32,000 nucleotides of DNA from Vibrio alginolyticus NBRC 15630 = ATCC 17749. Lineage in GTDB: Bacteria > Pseudomonadota > Gammaproteobacteria > Enterobacterales > Vibrionaceae. Positions 30,042 to 32,000 of the stretch are shown here, in pieces. The stretch spans positions 330,001 to 362,000 of the forward strand of contig NC_022359.1 of NCBI RefSeq assembly GCF_000354175.2, read 5' to 3'. How positions within the stretch are numbered: the first letter of the stretch is position 1; each line of letters starts with the position of its first letter. The notes beneath the pieces are model-generated. The model saw only the letters and a program-made list of their open reading frames with translations. It was not told the origin of the DNA and searched no databases. A program made the translations under genes and the position numbers.

Positions 30042-32000
30042 GTGACACGCGATCAATTTGAGTTATTAGCACCCGGTGGTGATTTAGATTCCATCAAAGC
30101 CGCCATTGCCGCTGGCGCCGATGCAATTTACTGTGGGCTCGACCGCTTCAATGCTCGTAACCGAGCGACCAACCTCACCTTAGATAACTTAAATGGCGTG
30201 TTAACGTTGGCCCATCAGCACAGCTGTAAGATTTTCCTAACGTTGAATGTGCTGATTTTAGAAAGTGAAATTCCAGCGATTGTTCGCTTGCTCAGCCAAC
30301 TGAACACCACCAAAATCGATGGCGTGATCGTACAAGATCTCGGTCTGGCCTACATTCTCAAACATCACTTTCCCGATTTGGATGTGCACGCTTCAACGCA
30401 ACTGAACACGCATAACGAAGGCCAAATCCTCTTTCTCAACCAGCTCACCGCAAGCCGAGTAAACTTATCTCGCGAACTTAACATCAGTGAGATAAAACAT
30501 CTGGCGCAATTTGGTCGCGAGCACAACGTAATGATGGAAGTGTTTGTCCACGGCTCATACTGCATCGGATTCTCCGGAATTTGCTACATCAGTTCCGCTC
30601 GCAATGGCGCATCAGGTAACCGTGGACGCTGTAGCCAACCTTGTCGCGAACAGTACGAAACGACCAAAACAGGCAACAACTACCCACTCAATATGAAAGA
30701 CAACTCCGCCTTTGGGGACTTGGAAGCGCTTGCCGATGCTGGCGTGTATTCATTAAAAGTGGAAGGGCGAATCAAGAAATCGCACTACGTCTATACCGTG
30801 GTCGACAATTGGCGCCAGCAAATCGATCGCTTGTGCGAGGGTTTGGAACTCTCTGAAGACACCACAGAGTTATACACGGTGTTCAACCGTGATTTCTCCA
30901 ACGCATTTTTGCAAGGTGATTTCGGCAAGGCGATGTACATCGACAACCCGCGCGACCATGCTGTAAAGCATTTTTCGAAGGTTTACCAATGCCAGTCTGC
31001 TGATGATGTACAAGCGGTGAAAAAGAAACTCTACGATGACAAAACCGCGATCATTGAGAAAGTGGCAGAGCAAACTAAGTCGTTCGATGTCACTTCAACA
31101 CAAGTATCCGGCAGCAGCTTGAAAGGGTCGATTGATGTGCCAACTCTGCCAACGTTACCTCAACCAGAACCTCGCCAAGGTGCGCCAAAATTATCGGTTC
31201 TGATCTCGTCAGCACAAGAAGCCATGCTGTGCGAATACCACGACGTTGATGTTTACTATCAATTGCCAATGGGATTGTCTGGTGAACTGAGCGCGATGAT
31301 TGAATTGTTCCAAGCCAACCCAATGCTCAAACCTTGGTTCCCAGCCATTTTGATTGGCGAAGACTACCACGCCGCGCGCGTATTTTTGGAAACCATCCAA
31401 CCTGAGTGGTTGATCACCAACAACTCAGGTGTCGGCATGATCGCAAAAGAGCTCGGCTTAGGCTGGGTGGCAGGCCCACAACTGAACACGGTGAACTCAT
31501 ACGCGTTTAAATGCCTTCAAGACGAGTTCGCGGCAAGTGGCGCGTTTGTTTCTAACGAGCTGAATATGAAGCAGGTGCGTCACATAAAGCGTCCGAAAAA
31601 CATGCGCAGCTTCTACAGCATTTATCACCCGAACACTCTACTCACGAGCCGCCAATGTTTGTTTCAACAAACCGAAGGATGCCGTAAGGTGAAGGTCAAC
31701 AAAAGTTGTTTGAAACGCTGTGATAAACGCACGTCTATCATCAACTTAAAAGACAATCCTTACTTGGTGCAAAAACAAAAAGGCAGCCACAATTCAATCT
31801 ACAGCGAGCACAACATCTTAAACCTGCAAGTGCTGCACGATCTGCCGCAATTGTTTACCGATGTGTTGATCGATCTGCGTGATATCCAGACCGAAACGAA
31901 AGTCTCAGCAAGCAAACCTGAGTTGATTGACGCGTTCTTAGCTCTACTTGAAGAACACAGCGAACAAACCGTCCAAACGCTGAATGCCATGATTCAACCA
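30042..32000 (+). CDS. U32-family peptidase-like protein (long form), 3' end outside the window; NOT present in the supplied ORF track
   Basis: I translated this frame by hand. It is open from the stop at 30003-30005 to position 32000, at least 653 codons from GTG 30042. N-terminus ELLAPGGDLDSIKAAIAAGADAIYCGLDRFNAR. The U32 signature-like segment EVFVHGSYCIGFSGICYISS and KVEGRIKK are present. The start could also be TTG 30009. Confidence 0.85.
   Translation, partial: MTRDQFELLAPGGDLDSIKAAIAAGADAIYCGLDRFNARNRATNLTLDNLNGVLTLAHQHSCKIFLTLNVLILESEIPAIVRLLSQLNTTKIDGVIVQDLGLAYILKHHFPDLDVHASTQLNTHNEGQILFLNQLTASRVNLSRELNISEIKHLAQFGREHNVMMEVFVHGSYCIGFSGICYISSARNGASGNRGRCSQPCREQYETTKTGNNYPLNMKDNSAFGDLEALADAGVYSLKVEGRIKKSHYVYTVVDNWRQQIDRLCEGLELSEDTTELYTVFNRDFSNAFLQGDFGKAMYIDNPRDHAVKHFSKVYQCQSADDVQAVKKKLYDDKTAIIEKVAEQTKSFDVTSTQVSGSSLKGSIDVPTLPTLPQPEPRQGAPKLSVLISSAQEAMLCEYHDVDVYYQLPMGLSGELSAMIELFQANPMLKPWFPAILIGEDYHAARVFLETIQPEWLITNNSGVGMIAKELGLGWVAGPQLNTVNSYAFKCLQDEFAASGAFVSNELNMKQVRHIKRPKNMRSFYSIYHPNTLLTSRQCLFQQTEGCRKVKVNKSCLKRCDKRTSIINLKDNPYLVQKQKGSHNSIYSEHNILNLQVLHDLPQLFTDVLIDLRDIQTETKVSASKPELIDAFLALLEEHSEQTVQTLNAMIQP

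Overview
Gene content points to a Vibrio chromosomal segment, Harveyi-clade or V. parahaemolyticus-like chromosome 2. No search was possible, so this is an inference from content. The window is dominated by the complete, already described vibrioferrin siderophore locus at about 13.7-29.3 kb. It comprises pvuEDCB (ABC importer), pvuA and psuA (two TonB-dependent receptors), all on the minus strand, and a divergent pvsABCDE biosynthesis/export operon. The left 13.6 kb holds ordinary-looking chromosomal genes. These are a truncated sodium:solute symporter, a LacI-family regulator, a serine-recombinase-like gene coupled by ATGA to a Bcr/CflA-type MFS pump, and a signal-peptide START/SRPBCC protein. 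They continue with a 584-aa exported protein of unknown function, a membrane-anchored coiled-coil M23 peptidase overlapping a bactofilin gene, a two-module M16 zinc-protease lipoprotein and a methyl-accepting chemotaxis protein. The right edge has a DUF302-like exported protein and a long U32-family peptidase ORF (30042 to beyond 32000). The ORF track omits this ORF because it has no stop codon in the window. I found no rRNA, tRNA, CRISPR array, IS element or recognisable defence system. I see no convincing wholly new multi-gene system. The points most worth a second look are: (1) the recombinase-like protein with a degenerate catalytic motif, fused operonically to an efflux pump; (2) the 97-nt out-of-frame overlap of the M23 peptidase and bactofilin genes; (3) a 16-codon leader ORF, or a homopolymer frameshift, at the pvuB start; (4) the unlisted U32 ORF with two four-cysteine clusters. 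All functional calls rest on motif and architecture recognition by eye, not on database searches.
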